Assembly (NCBI GenBank): GCA_900128395.1
Contig: LT649309.1
Span: forward strand, 1-40,613
DNA length: 40,613 nucleotides
Source of the DNA: Stramenopiles sp. TOSAG23-2
Taxonomy: Eukaryota
Direction: 5' to 3'
Within the stretch, counting starts at the first letter, position 1. Every line of letters begins with the position of its first letter. Below the pieces are notes generated by a model that had not been told where the DNA came from, made no database searches, and worked only from the letters and a program-made list of their open reading frames with translations. The translations under genes and the position numbers were made by a program. Of this stretch, positions 1 to 10,873 are shown piece after piece.

Positions 1-130
1 TAAATGAAAGAGGTCCTCCTTCATAAAGTTGTAAATCACATTCTTTAATCAATCTAAATGTTTTCTCATTGTCATTATCCAATTTAACTTTCAATTTTCC
101 ATCCTTACGGGAGGGCACCTCAATAACCAT
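1..130 (-). CDS. Probable 5' part of a gene running off the window edge (MVIEVPSRKDGKLKVKLDNDNEKTFRLIKECDLQLYEGGPLSF...), function unknown
   Basis: ATG at 130-128 is followed by 43 open codons to the window edge. Composition is coding-like compared with the AT-only DNA upstream. Too short for the ORF track. Confidence 0.4.
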   Translation of the reverse strand, partial: MVIEVPSRKDGKLKVKLDNDNEKTFRLIKECDLQLYEGGPLSF

Positions 131-471
131 ATATATGATAAATAAAATGCATATTGAAAAAAAATATTATGATATATATGTGAGTATATATATATAAATC
201 ATATTAATATATATCATATCAATTTTTAAAAATATATTTTTAAAAAACGAACTTCGTACGAACGTATAAGTTTCATATACTGATACGAGAAGTGTAGTAG
301 GATAGAAAATATTATTCTTGAGATTGAGTATTGAGCATATATATATATTACTTAGCACGGGAAGTAAAATATTATTATAACACTTAGATTTTTAAACAAT
401 CATAAAAAATTAATACGATCATACACATAAAAATATATACACCTGTTGCTTCCGTAACTTTTTTTTACACC

Positions 472-2349
472 CTACAATTCTTTCTTCGCTTGTCTCCTTT
501 TTTCCATATCGTTTACATGATTTGGCCACCAAGATCCTGAAAAATGATGCATGGCAAATGAATTTGGAAATTTCGTATCGCAATTATTTAATTTAGTACA
601 TTCATATGAATTTACTTCTCGTAATTCAACATTTAAGTCATCAGCGGTAAATGGATAAAGTAATTCAACTTCACCTAATGTATATTTTAAAATACGCATA
701 TTTGAGCGTGGATATAAACCTTGATACATTTTCGCAACACTAGTCAACATGACTGGCCCAGTGGACTGTAAAACATCAAGCATTACTGGTTTACCTACAT
801 TGTCATCCTCCCGTCTTATTACTTCATGAATAACTAACCAATAAAATGGATGTCTTGGCGCGGATCCCAATACGGCACAGTTAATGGTTGCTGTAGCTCC
901 TTCTTCAGATAATAATACAGATGGTCCAGCATATCTATTGTTGTAACCATTTTCATGGCTATCAGAGGAAAAAACCAATGGATCAATAGGACGAAATGCT
1001 TCAAAATCCATATCCACATATACACCACCATACAAAAACATGATTAAATATCGTGCAAAATCGATTTTTTTAATTAATGCATCAAATGAATTAAAAACAT
1101 TTAAAAAATCTGGAAAATAATCCTCAATCATTTTTACAATTTGTGGTTCATCCCATAAGCGATAATGCCAATCTGGATGATGTGTTTTCCATGTTTCAGA
1201 CCATTTTAAAAAATTTGTTCGTCTCCAATCTGGTTGATTATACATATCTTCGCCATAAACAATCTTTGACTTTTCAATTAAATCATCTAAACCTTGCCAC
1301 CATATTTGATGCAATATTCGTGGTATTGGTTTATTCCAATGGTGAAATTCTCTTCTTAACATTAAAGCATTATTATTATTTTTATGAACGTGACGATTAA
1401 GAGTTTGTTGATTTAATTTAAGTAATTTATTTTTTAATAACATAGTTATATTGCTATCGTCTGCCCATGTGTCATATGGAAAACCAGGAAAACGATCGTT
1501 AATTGAAAATATAGAATCTTCATAAAATTCACTACGTAATTTATCGATGACAATTGATTTCGTATTTGAGATTCTCCAACCATCTTGTGCATCTTTTGCA
1601 TTTGGATTGACAGTTGCCCATACGCGTAGTATGTACACCCCTGTTTTATTTGGAAACTTTACAGCTGGTATAGGTTGACTCATGCTGTAACAGCTAGTAG
1701 TTCTTGCTTGTTTTAAATGACTATAACCAACTTGTGTTAGTTCATAACATGTTCTAGTCGTACTTGTAGCATCAAAATTATCAGCTATTTCAACACCTAC
1801 ACTTACAGTCATAAATGTACTCGCACGAGCTCCATTGACAGGCCAATTTAAATTCAATTTCAAACCACCATTACTATGAATTACTCCAGGATGATTTACA
1901 ACATATTCAGGAGACAGATTCTTTTCTTCTAGGAGTGTTGTTAACGATGGATGTAATGGTGGCTCCTGTCTTTTATTTAATAAATATTTGTAATCAGTCG
2001 TTTCTATACTACATCTAGAAAATTTGGATATAATACCAGCATATTGACGAGTATGTTTTAAATTTTCACCCGGCTTATATACCACAGTGGAATGCACACA
2101 TGTTGACGATGACATAGACCAGACACAATAATCATCATCTTCTTGAATAGGAACACACAAATTACATGTTTGGCGTAGTTTACATATTGTTTGAACATCA
2201 TTGGCTATGTTATTATATTTATCACGTATTATATTTGATATTGAAGAAGAGATGAAAGAATGTAATAATACGAAACGAAATAAAAATTGAAAACATCTAT
2301 ATAAATTATAATATTTTACTTGATATAAATGGTTACCATTAGTATTCAT
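472..2349 (-). CDS. GT32-family DXD glycosyltransferase (Och1/Sur1-like mannosyltransferase) with N-terminal signal anchor and Cys-rich stem
   Basis: GT32 motifs PIPRILHQIW, W..HHPDW.YRLWD, DFARYLIMFLYGGVYVDMD (DXD), P.HPF, TGP and HHFSGSW. Hydrophobic segment near aa 19-37. Confidence 0.88.
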   Translation of the reverse strand: MNTNGNHLYQVKYYNLYRCFQFLFRFVLLHSFISSSISNIIRDKYNNIANDVQTICKLRQTCNLCVPIQEDDDYCVWSMSSSTCVHSTVVYKPGENLKHTRQYAGIISKFSRCSIETTDYKYLLNKRQEPPLHPSLTTLLEEKNLSPEYVVNHPGVIHSNGGLKLNLNWPVNGARASTFMTVSVGVEIADNFDATSTTRTCYELTQVGYSHLKQARTTSCYSMSQPIPAVKFPNKTGVYILRVWATVNPNAKDAQDGWRISNTKSIVIDKLRSEFYEDSIFSINDRFPGFPYDTWADDSNITMLLKNKLLKLNQQTLNRHVHKNNNNALMLRREFHHWNKPIPRILHQIWWQGLDDLIEKSKIVYGEDMYNQPDWRRTNFLKWSETWKTHHPDWHYRLWDEPQIVKMIEDYFPDFLNVFNSFDALIKKIDFARYLIMFLYGGVYVDMDFEAFRPIDPLVFSSDSHENGYNNRYAGPSVLLSEEGATATINCAVLGSAPRHPFYWLVIHEVIRREDDNVGKPVMLDVLQSTGPVMLTSVAKMYQGLYPRSNMRILKYTLGEVELLYPFTADDLNVELREVNSYECTKLNNCDTKFPNSFAMHHFSGSWWPNHVNDMEKRRQAKKEL

Positions 2350-2913
2350 TATTTTTGAAGATGAAGAAGACGATATACGCGTTTGTCTTATGATGATATA
2401 TATATATTGTATGTACAGAAACTATACTAATATATTAATACATTTATATATCTATAATAGGAGTTAGTTATAAATTATATAAATATATATATTCAATATA
2501 TTCAATAATCGTATACATATAGTGCTATACCATGTGAGATGTGGTAATAAAATAATATGTATTTGATATTATATTACCTGGTATTTATCCTGTCTGTCGT
2601 GCTGTGTCGTCTGCTACTTTTAGACTTCATACAGATTCTTCCCTTAAATATAATAAAGCTGTCCTGCTCTTCTTCTTTTCTTGGTTCTTTTTGACGCAAT
2701 GTGCCAATATGTTTTAATAATACATAATCATATAGTTTAAGTTTGTTATTATCATATGATATGTTATCATATGATACAAGATGGGTGTTTCTATTATATT
2801 TTACTAGCACAAAAAGAGAGAGTTGGACATACAACTTTTATGCTTTATATAATATATTTTGTATGTACATGTATATATATATATATATATATTACATAGT
2901 AGACATATTAATA

Positions 2914-3696
2914 TTACACCAACAATACCGCATTTATACACCCATCCAATTCAGGATTATTAGTTACTTGAGCATATTTACCCCAAACAACTTTACCAGT
3001 TGTTGTAACTAAACCTAATTCACTAACATTAACTTCGATCACTGTACCTTTTGTAATTACGCCTAATTGTGTATACATAGTACTTTGTGGATTTTTTTTC
3101 ACACCTAATATATCCAAATGAAAAGTTGCTTGTAATTCTGGATGGCAAACATGTGCTTTTTTAAATCTCAAACCTGTTGGACGTATAAAACGTTCATATT
3201 TTGGAGGTTTACGAGTAAAGCCTTCACCAACAAATGTAACTTTTGTAATCATACGTTTCCATGCTTTCTTTTTACGCTTACCTGTTTTAATAACCTTAAA
3301 AACTTCTTCATCTGCCATTGCACGTACTTTTGGCAATGGAACAGACCATTTCCCTGCCTTTTCCTTTCTCTTCTGTTTGACAGTATTTGACAATACCTTT
3401 GCCCGAGAAACCTTTTCTCTATCTAATAAATATGCAGGTACAGCACCTTTTGGTGCAGAGTCCTCTGTTGAGTGTTTATTTTTACGTTCTTTATGTTGTG
3501 CAATAGTTTTTTTCATTTGAATCTTTTCTTTCCTACGTCTCTCGTTCAGTAATTTAGCACGCAAACCATGGCTACGCCTTGCTATTAATGCACGAGTATG
3601 TGCTTCACGCGCTTGCTTTTTCCTAGTTCTTTCCGCATGATCTAAACGTTTACCATGTCTTTTTTGGTATAATTCAATATGTTCGTTTTGTGGCAT
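2914..3696 (-). CDS. NSA2: Ribosome biogenesis protein NSA2 (60S)
   Basis: 260 aa. MPQNEHIE...HGKRLD start, [28 protein letters not shown] and the [21 protein letters not shown] end are near-invariant NSA2 sequence. Confidence 0.98.
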   Translation of the reverse strand: MPQNEHIELYQKRHGKRLDHAERTRKKQAREAHTRALIARRSHGLRAKLLNERRRKEKIQMKKTIAQHKERKNKHSTEDSAPKGAVPAYLLDREKVSRAKVLSNTVKQKRKEKAGKWSVPLPKVRAMADEEVFKVIKTGKRKKKAWKRMITKVTFVGEGFTRKPPKYERFIRPTGLRFKKAHVCHPELQATFHLDILGVKKNPQSTMYTQLGVITKGTVIEVNVSELGLVTTTGKVVWGKYAQVTNNPELDGCINAVLLV

Positions 3697-4678
3697 GGTT
3701 AATATTGGCTTGTTGTTGCAATATTATATATAGTATATATAATAATGTATTTGATGTGTAACTACTATTAATATATATATATTCACAAAAAAAAATGGAA
3801 GACGATGTTAAAATAATAATAACAATATAATAATAATAAAAACAAGAAAATAATAAACAAGAAATTATGATATGATTAGTAAATGTTATCAATGTATTAC
3901 TACGTTAATGTGTATATTATTGATATCTATAACTATGTGTGAGTACATCCTTGTTGATATATTATAAAAAGAAACCTAGATAGATAGCTCTCTATTTAAC
4001 TATGATGTGTATGCTCTCTCTGGTACTATCTAGACTATAGACTAAAAAGACACACAGTACAGGGTACAGGGTACAGGATGAGTGGTGAGGTGGTCCTATA
4101 TGTCATATTTATAAGATATATTAAGGATTTCTTGTATTTCCTAAACAAATATCTGACAGATTGTCTGTGTCTAGCAAGCCCATATATTATAGGTAAGCCA
4201 GTATACATGTCAGAGGCTATGTTAGACGACTAGTTGTTATATTTTATCACAGGAGTGTGACACATCCCCTTAATTTTCTCCAACCATCTCGAACGATCTC
4301 GTCTTGATTCTTCCTTCCTCACTTTAACGAGAGCCATCCAATATAATACAGCTACGCACTTACGAGGATACAAACATAACTATACTACATACTGTCTGTA
4401 TAGCTGGGCCAGCAAGCTATAAGGCAACACTGGTATAATATTATTTCCATCCTAATCAATCCTATCCACAACTTAAACCAATAATATCTATAATATATAT
4501 AATCTATATATTATATCAAGATATTAAAACAATTATCACTGGAACGTAGATGTACATGGGAACAACACATATACGTACATATAGACATATAATTATCAAA
4601 CAAAAATATTAACAATTGTTATAATTATCACTATATATATACATATAATAAATAAATACGTCATTAATACAAACAAAT

Positions 4679-5839
4679 ATGTCGTCAACTACTGCAACAA
4701 ATGAAGAAAATGGCAAACCATTAGAAAGATCAGAAGATGAAGAAGCTAAAATTGCATTGGAAGCTGCAAAAGCAGCTGCTGCTTCAATAACCTCAGAAAA
4801 AGAACGCTTGGCAAATGAATTGAAAGATGATGCAAAGAAGCAACAAGAAGCTGAGAAAGATATGTCAACAAGCGATTTAAAAGCATTGAAACAATTGGAA
4901 TTCTACTTTTCAGATTCAAACTTTAGACGGGATAATTTTTTACGTGGAAAAGCAGACGAAAACGAAGAAGGTTTTGTTGAAATTGCTGTATTATTAACTT
5001 TTAACCGTTTAAAACAATTATGCAACGATGCGGAGCAAATCGCAACCATTGCAAGTATTTCCGCAAAATTAATTGTATCAGAAGATAAAACAATGATTCG
5101 TAGAAGAATTAAGCTTTCAAGTGCTGATAATAGCAAATTTCGTACAATGTATGCTTCTGGTGTTCCAACTACGGAAACGTTAGATTCTTTAATTGAGTTA
5201 TTTAGTCATACAAATACCTTGACCGTATTAAGCGTACGTATGCGTCGTGACAGGCAGACGAAAGAATTCAATGGTACTGTATTTGTTGAATATGATACGG
5301 AAACCGCATGTAAACAGGCTGTAAGTGACGAGGTTGAATTTAAAGTAAACGATGTAGCATTGTCAACACAATTATTGACAACGTATTTAAAAGAACGACG
5401 TGATACTACACCAAGAAGAAATAACAATAACAATAACAATCGTGATAGCAATACAAAGAAAAGAAAAGAGAAAGATGGTAAAAAACCTGTTGCAAACTTT
5501 CAAATTGCTGAAGGTACATGTCTATACCTTGAAGGAGTTGCCCCACAAGATGTTGATCGTGAAGGCATGAAAGAATTATTTGGCAAACATGGATCTGTTG
5601 TATACGTCGACTTTCAACGTGGTGATGTCAGTGCACATGTACGAATGGAAACAAAAGAGGAAACAACTAAAATTATGGAAGCATATGGTGCAACAAAAGA
5701 TGATTTTCAATTAGGTGGGCAAACATTTGAAATGAAATTATTAGTTGGTGATGATGAAAAAGCATATATGGAAAAAGTTGAAGCTGGAAGACGTGAAAGA
5801 AGAGAACGTTCAAATCAAAACAAACGTCGTAGATATTAA
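4679..5839 (+). CDS. SSB: La protein (La motif + RRM1 + RRM2/xRRM); LARP7 not excluded
   Basis: La motif KQLEFYFSDSNFRRDNFL...LLTFNRLK, RRM with RNP1 FNGTVFVEY, and a second RRM (GTCLYL...VYVDFQRGD..AHVR) with a C-terminal helix. Confidence 0.88.
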   Translation: MSSTTATNEENGKPLERSEDEEAKIALEAAKAAAASITSEKERLANELKDDAKKQQEAEKDMSTSDLKALKQLEFYFSDSNFRRDNFLRGKADENEEGFVEIAVLLTFNRLKQLCNDAEQIATIASISAKLIVSEDKTMIRRRIKLSSADNSKFRTMYASGVPTTETLDSLIELFSHTNTLTVLSVRMRRDRQTKEFNGTVFVEYDTETACKQAVSDEVEFKVNDVALSTQLLTTYLKERRDTTPRRNNNNNNNRDSNTKKRKEKDGKKPVANFQIAEGTCLYLEGVAPQDVDREGMKELFGKHGSVVYVDFQRGDVSAHVRMETKEETTKIMEAYGATKDDFQLGGQTFEMKLLVGDDEKAYMEKVEAGRRERRERSNQNKRRRY

Positions 5840-6103
5840 TATGACATATATGTGTGTGAATAAAAATTTCTCCTAAAGAGTGTATATGCCTTTTCTTTTT
5901 GTAGAGAGAGTTTTTATAATTGTTTAAAAATACTAATATACTTGATAATATTAATATACTGGTAACTGGTACTGGTGTGGTATACCAGGTATAATAAGTT
6001 GTGAATATTTTTTTTGTATTTTATAGAAAAACCAGGAAAACCCCCCCCCCCCCCTTTCCCTTAATCTACTAGCTCTACCATATATATATATACTGTATAA
6101 ATC

Positions 6104-6154
6104 ATAAGAATATCTTTTTATATACTAATAAGAATATCTTTTTATATACTAATA
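6104..6154. repeat. Perfect tandem duplication of a 24-bp unit (ATAAGAATATCTTTTTATATACTA x2)
   Basis: Copies at 6104-6127 and 6128-6151, plus 3 bp of a third. Confidence 0.9.
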
Positions 6155-6343
6155 CTATATATATATATACAAATATACATCCATCCAATGTATAGAGTGT
6201 TTAATTTGAATAAAATAAATATATCATATATATCAAATGATATATTTTGCACACACGCTATACTTTTAATATATAGCGACACACACAGTATATTATATAC
6301 ATTTTATAAATAATCATAATTAACAAAATAATTATTTTAATTA

Positions 6344-6371
6344 TAGAGTTATCTACATTAAAGATGGTGAA

Positions 6372-6402
<31 letters not shown>

Positions 6403-6714
6403 TTTTTTTTTTTTTTTTTTTTTTCAACTTTTTTTTTCCAGTCCTCTAGTATGGAAATAGCATTACTAGTATGGAAATACGATTACATGGACGATTTCCG
6501 GAGGATTTAAATTTTCACTCAAAACAACAAACACGCACAATGAAAAATTTAAATCCTTCCTGAAATCGTCCATGTAATGGTATTTCCATCCTAGTAATGC
6601 TATTTCTATACTAGAGGGCTGAAAAAAAAAAATTGAAAAAAAAAAAAAAAAAAAAAAAATTGAAAAAAAAAAAAAAAAAAAAAAAATTCACCATCTTTAA
6701 TGTAGATAACTCTA
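6344..6714. mobile_element. Foldback/MITE-like element: ~174-bp imperfect inverted repeats around a 23-bp spacer, bounded by TA
   Basis: 6344-6517 is the reverse complement of 6541-6714. The outer 30 bp (TAGAGTTATCTACATTAAAGATGGTGAATT) are perfect, followed by T/A tracts and an ~80-bp core with a few mismatches. TA at 6344-45 and 6713-14 could be a target-site duplication. No coding capacity. The inverted repeat is certain; mobile origin is inferred. Confidence 0.7.
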
Positions 6715-6900
6715 AATTGCTGCAATTATTTTTTATTATTATTATTATTATTTTTTTTTTCAAAAAGAAGATAAAGATATGAATATAAAAGATTTGAATA
6801 TATATAGTATCCAGAGCATTAAACAATATTTATATTATATATATGTAATAGAAGCAACTCTCGTATCACCACGAAGACACGCATACACAAACACCGTACT

Positions 6901-8256
6901 ATGTTAAAACAAGTTACGAAAAAAGCAGCTGGGATAAACTCCCGCGTATGTGCTGTTTTAGGTGGCCAATGGGGAGATGAAGGTAAAGGAAAACTAGCTG
7001 ATGTATTAGCAAAAAATTATGATATTGTTGCACGATTTAATGGTGGAAATAATGCAGGCCATACAGTAGTTGTCAATGATAAAAAATATGCATTTCATTT
7101 ATTGCCATGCGGTTTAATTTATCCACACACAACTAATATTCTAGGAAATGGCACGGTTATACATGTTCCATCTTTATTTGAGGAACTAGAGCCATTGACA
7201 GCTGATGGTCTAGAATGGGAAGGAAGATTATTATTATCAGATCGTGCTCATTTATTATTTGATATGCACCAAGCAGTTGATGGGCATCAAGAAGAAGGTC
7301 GTGGATCGAAAAATATTGGTACAACCAAAAAAGGAATTGGCCCAGCGTATGCGACAAAGGCTAACAGAAACGGGATACGTGTAGGTATGTTAAAACATTT
7401 TGATGTGTTCGAGACGCAACTACGTGAATTATTGGATTATCAACATCATTTATATGGTGTTGATGTTGATATTGAAGGGGAAGTTGATAAATATAAAAAA
7501 TATGCAGAGATTTTGTCACCATGGATAGTTGATGGTGTACATTTCATCAATCAAGCTTATGATGACGGCAAATCCATTATTGCAGAAGGGGCGAATGCTG
7601 TCATGTTAGATTTGGATTATGGTACATATCCCTTCGTCACATCGTCCACTACAAGCGTAGGAGGAATGTCTACTGGTTTAGGATTGTCACCAAATAAAAT
7701 TGAAACTGCAGTTGGTGTCATCAAAGCATATACAACTCGTGTTGGTTGGGGTCCATTTCCAACAGAGTTAACTGACGATACGTGTGGTGGTATGGTTCCT
7801 CGTGATGCACCTGGGACAGATATTGGAAGGCATTTGCAAACCGTTGGTGCAGAAATTGGTGTGACAACAGGCAGAAAAAGACGTTGTGGATGGTTGGATG
7901 TTCCAGTCATACAATATGGACATATGATCAATTCATATGGCAGTATTAATTTAACAAAGTTAGATGTCATGGATGATTTGGATGAAGTGAAACTTGGCGT
8001 TGCGTACAAAATTAATGGTCAAAGGTTATTACCTGGCCAAATGCCATCAACATTGGAAGATTTATATGCAGTTGAAGTGGAATATGAAACAATGCCAGGA
8101 TGGAAAACAGATATTTCAAAATGTAGAACATTTGAAGAATTACCTTCAGAGGCACAACATTATGTGAATAGAATTGAGGAACTTGTTGGTTGTCCTGTGA
8201 GTTTTATTGGTGTTGGTGCAGGCAGAGAAGATATGGCAGTTGCTCAATTTGTTTAA
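6901..8256 (+). CDS. ADSS: Adenylosuccinate synthetase
   Basis: QWGDEGKGK P-loop, GGNNAGHT, IGTTKKGIGPAY, GTYPFVTSS, KAYTTRVG.GPFPTE, GVTTGRKRRCGWLD, LTKLDV. Confidence 0.99.
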   Translation: MLKQVTKKAAGINSRVCAVLGGQWGDEGKGKLADVLAKNYDIVARFNGGNNAGHTVVVNDKKYAFHLLPCGLIYPHTTNILGNGTVIHVPSLFEELEPLTADGLEWEGRLLLSDRAHLLFDMHQAVDGHQEEGRGSKNIGTTKKGIGPAYATKANRNGIRVGMLKHFDVFETQLRELLDYQHHLYGVDVDIEGEVDKYKKYAEILSPWIVDGVHFINQAYDDGKSIIAEGANAVMLDLDYGTYPFVTSSTTSVGGMSTGLGLSPNKIETAVGVIKAYTTRVGWGPFPTELTDDTCGGMVPRDAPGTDIGRHLQTVGAEIGVTTGRKRRCGWLDVPVIQYGHMINSYGSINLTKLDVMDDLDEVKLGVAYKINGQRLLPGQMPSTLEDLYAVEVEYETMPGWKTDISKCRTFEELPSEAQHYVNRIEELVGCPVSFIGVGAGREDMAVAQFV

Positions 8257-8752
8257 TTATATATCTTATTTAAGTTATGATAAGTTGAGTAAAAAAGCAT
8301 CGATTTCAGAAATTCTTAGTAGTCGGAACACACCGACGAGTAAATTCTTGGATTCTAAATCTTAAATCATAAATCAGAGTGAATTCTCCTTGCTTAAATT
8401 CTATTTACATCAATATGGAAAAGTCTAGGACCTATAGCCTAATAGACACACTATTGCACTATTAGGCCTATACATAAGTGCATAACACAATATAAAAATA
8501 CCACAGAAATTTCTTTTAAATACAACCATTCAGATAATAATCCTTAAATTGAAATACTACAGGTAAAGAGGTGCAGAGGAGTGGTACATACGAGGTACAG
8601 TATACCACACATATATCGAAGGTTAAATCGAACATCCTTATATAAAAATAATAATACTATCTGTAGAAATATATATATATATACAATGTATATACAGAAT
8701 AATATACAAAATATACGCTAATTCCAATCGTAATACATATAAAGTACTAAAA

Positions 8753-9370
8753 ATGAATCATGTTATACATAAATTCTTAAGACCCATTGCGAAGAATATT
8801 CCTAAACAGAAAACGGTGCGTCTTCTGACAAATATTAATTACAATTTCAATATTGATGATAATAACAACAATAATAATAGGTCAATACCATGTTTTATAA
8901 ATAAACAGTTTCTCCATTTTAATACCAAAGCTTTATCTAGGCGTGTACCTGAGCTGGACCTTTATACCGATATTGATAGTCCGCGTAATGTAATACAAGG
9001 TTATTCTGCAAATGGAATTCAAGTGAACAATATTACATATTTAGGGTCTCAACTTATTTTTCCAGATTTAACCCTACTATGGGATGTTGAAAAAATTGAG
9101 GACATTACAAAAGAATCACTTAATTTTGTAATACATGCAGAACCAAAGGTAGATACATTGTTAATTGGTACTGGTAAAACATTTGTAAATTTAGATGAAG
9201 AAATAGTTGATTGGTTGTATTCCTATGGTGTAACAGCTGATGTCATGTCAACTGCACATGCATGTCAAACATTTAATGTATTGAATCAAGAAGATAGACG
9301 AATAGCAGCTGCTGTATTACCAATGGAAACCACACATCGTGAAGAAATTATTGTATCGACATTTTCTTAA
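8753..9370 (+). CDS. NDUFAF3: Mitochondrial complex I assembly factor NDUFAF3 (Mth938-like domain)
   Basis: Basic N-terminal presequence-like region, then IQGYS.NG, LLIGTG and VMST..ACQTFNVLNQEDRRIAAAVLP. Confidence 0.9.
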   Translation: MNHVIHKFLRPIAKNIPKQKTVRLLTNINYNFNIDDNNNNNNRSIPCFINKQFLHFNTKALSRRVPELDLYTDIDSPRNVIQGYSANGIQVNNITYLGSQLIFPDLTLLWDVEKIEDITKESLNFVIHAEPKVDTLLIGTGKTFVNLDEEIVDWLYSYGVTADVMSTAHACQTFNVLNQEDRRIAAAVLPMETTHREEIIVSTFS

Positions 9371-9837
9371 ATATACGAAGAGTGATTTATATATATGTCA
9401 AGAATAGGGCGAAGGAGGAGAGATTTTTTGTGTATTAATTGTGTATGTGTTTATTGTGAAAAAAAAGTCTACTCGAACCGTAAAATTATGTACGAACTTC
9501 GTATTAATAAGTGTATAAAAATATTTTGGTATTATTACGTATATATGATATAATATAGAACGTAGGAAAATTATCATATGATAAGTACGAGCGTAAATTT
9601 TATAAATAATATGCACATATATATTAATATATAATATTTATATACGTATATATATAGAATAAGTTAATATGCATATTTAAATATGACTTCTATAATAATA
9701 AAAATTATATTGTTGTAAATTATCTGCATTTTTATACGTAAAAAGAAAAATATACGTATATTATACGCGTATAATACAGTTTATATTTTTTTATGGGGAA
9801 ATATATTTTAAATCATAATTAATATATATTACGCAAC

Positions 9838-10146
9838 TTAACCAAACTCATCAACACATTGCACAGCAACCATTACCATATCATAAAATGAAGAAGTAGC
9901 AACTCGTAACATTCGCCACTCATTTGCTTTAATATGTACATATAAACTTTGTCCCTCAATCTCAAAAGTTTTTTTAACTTTTTGTGGTTGTAATTCTTTG
10001 TCAACCTCTAAAGCAGATTTAACTATAATTGCATGTTCCGTACTATCAAAATGAATTTTAATTGTATTACAAAAAGGCATATGAATGCTATTATTATTAT
10101 CAGAACTTGTTGAACTCATTTTCATTTGCTTGTCTATCATAGCCAT
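9838..10146 (-). CDS. PCC1: KEOPS/EKC complex subunit Pcc1/LAGE3
   Basis: I.F....A.IV..AL.VD.EL...V.K and RMLRVATSSFYD motifs; ~100 aa. Confidence 0.9.
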   Translation of the reverse strand: MAMIDKQMKMSSTSSDNNNSIHMPFCNTIKIHFDSTEHAIIVKSALEVDKELQPQKVKKTFEIEGQSLYVHIKANEWRMLRVATSSFYDMVMVAVQCVDEFG

Positions 10147-10370
10147 GATGTCTGGCCTTCTTTTCTATGTGTACTTCCTTTGCCAATTATGTGTATATAC
10201 AACTATATAGTGGTGTTTTTTATTATACTAGGTATTATTAAATTGAAATCAGTAAATATATATAATACTGATGTATGTATAATACAATCTCCTCTGGCAA
10301 TAATAATATTTCTTCTTCTTTGATTGATTTCCAGGATTTCTTCCCGGCAATTCTGGCTAATAACTTAAGG

Positions 10371-10379
10371 TTAGGGTTT
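10371..10379 (-). promoter_or_regulatory. Telo-box-like AAACCCTAA ~225 bp upstream of PCC1
   Basis: TTAGGGTTT on the + strand, within TTAAGGTTAGGGTTTTAGGTT. Single copy; function not shown. Confidence 0.3.
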
Positions 10380-10873
10380 TAGGTTCATTTTTAGTATTAT
10401 AATTGGTATAGTGCTACCTCTAGATGTCGTATATTTAATATTTAGCGGATTTTAATTTAGATTTATTATAGATTAGCGATTAGCGGATTAGCGAAAATGG
10501 TCAGAATATAGCATGAAATAATTAATAGTCTTATTAAATTTAACTTTTGTACAACTATACAAGTTATAGAAAGCACGCCAGCACGAAATGGGGTAAATTG
10601 ATTTTTTATACGGTATAATTTTTTGTGCAGTTATTTATAAAATTGTATTAATAATATTTTAAGCAATTTATTACAATTCACAATTGCACAATTACAAATT
10701 TGTTTTCTCTCTTTCTTTTTTTTTCTTTTTTATAAAATGTAAAACCTCCTAGATTTTAAATTCAAAAAAAAAAAAAAGATTATATCATTTGCATGTCTGC
10801 ATATATATATATGATAAATATGTATTCAGATATGTAAAATAGCTAAACAATCATATGATGTGTATATGTTTGC

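Noticed and set aside
6446..6486. 20-bp direct repeats as a CRISPR-like array
   Set aside because: Only two adjacent units with no spacers, in a eukaryotic context with no cas genes.
6344..6714. Palindrome as a whole-genome-amplification fold-back chimera
   Set aside because: The arms differ by several substitutions and indels, and unique sequence with intact genes continues on both sides. A fresh chimera should give identical arms. Not fully excluded without reads.
6611..6826. Poly-Phe ORF
   Set aside because: It is the translation of the poly-T arm of the foldback element.
8322..8472. Small hairpins downstream of ADSS (GTCGG-n6-CCGAC; TATAGCCTAATAG...CTATTAGGCCTATA) as an ncRNA or riboswitch
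   Set aside because: Short stems with no recognisable family motif; compatible with chance. An Rfam scan would settle it.
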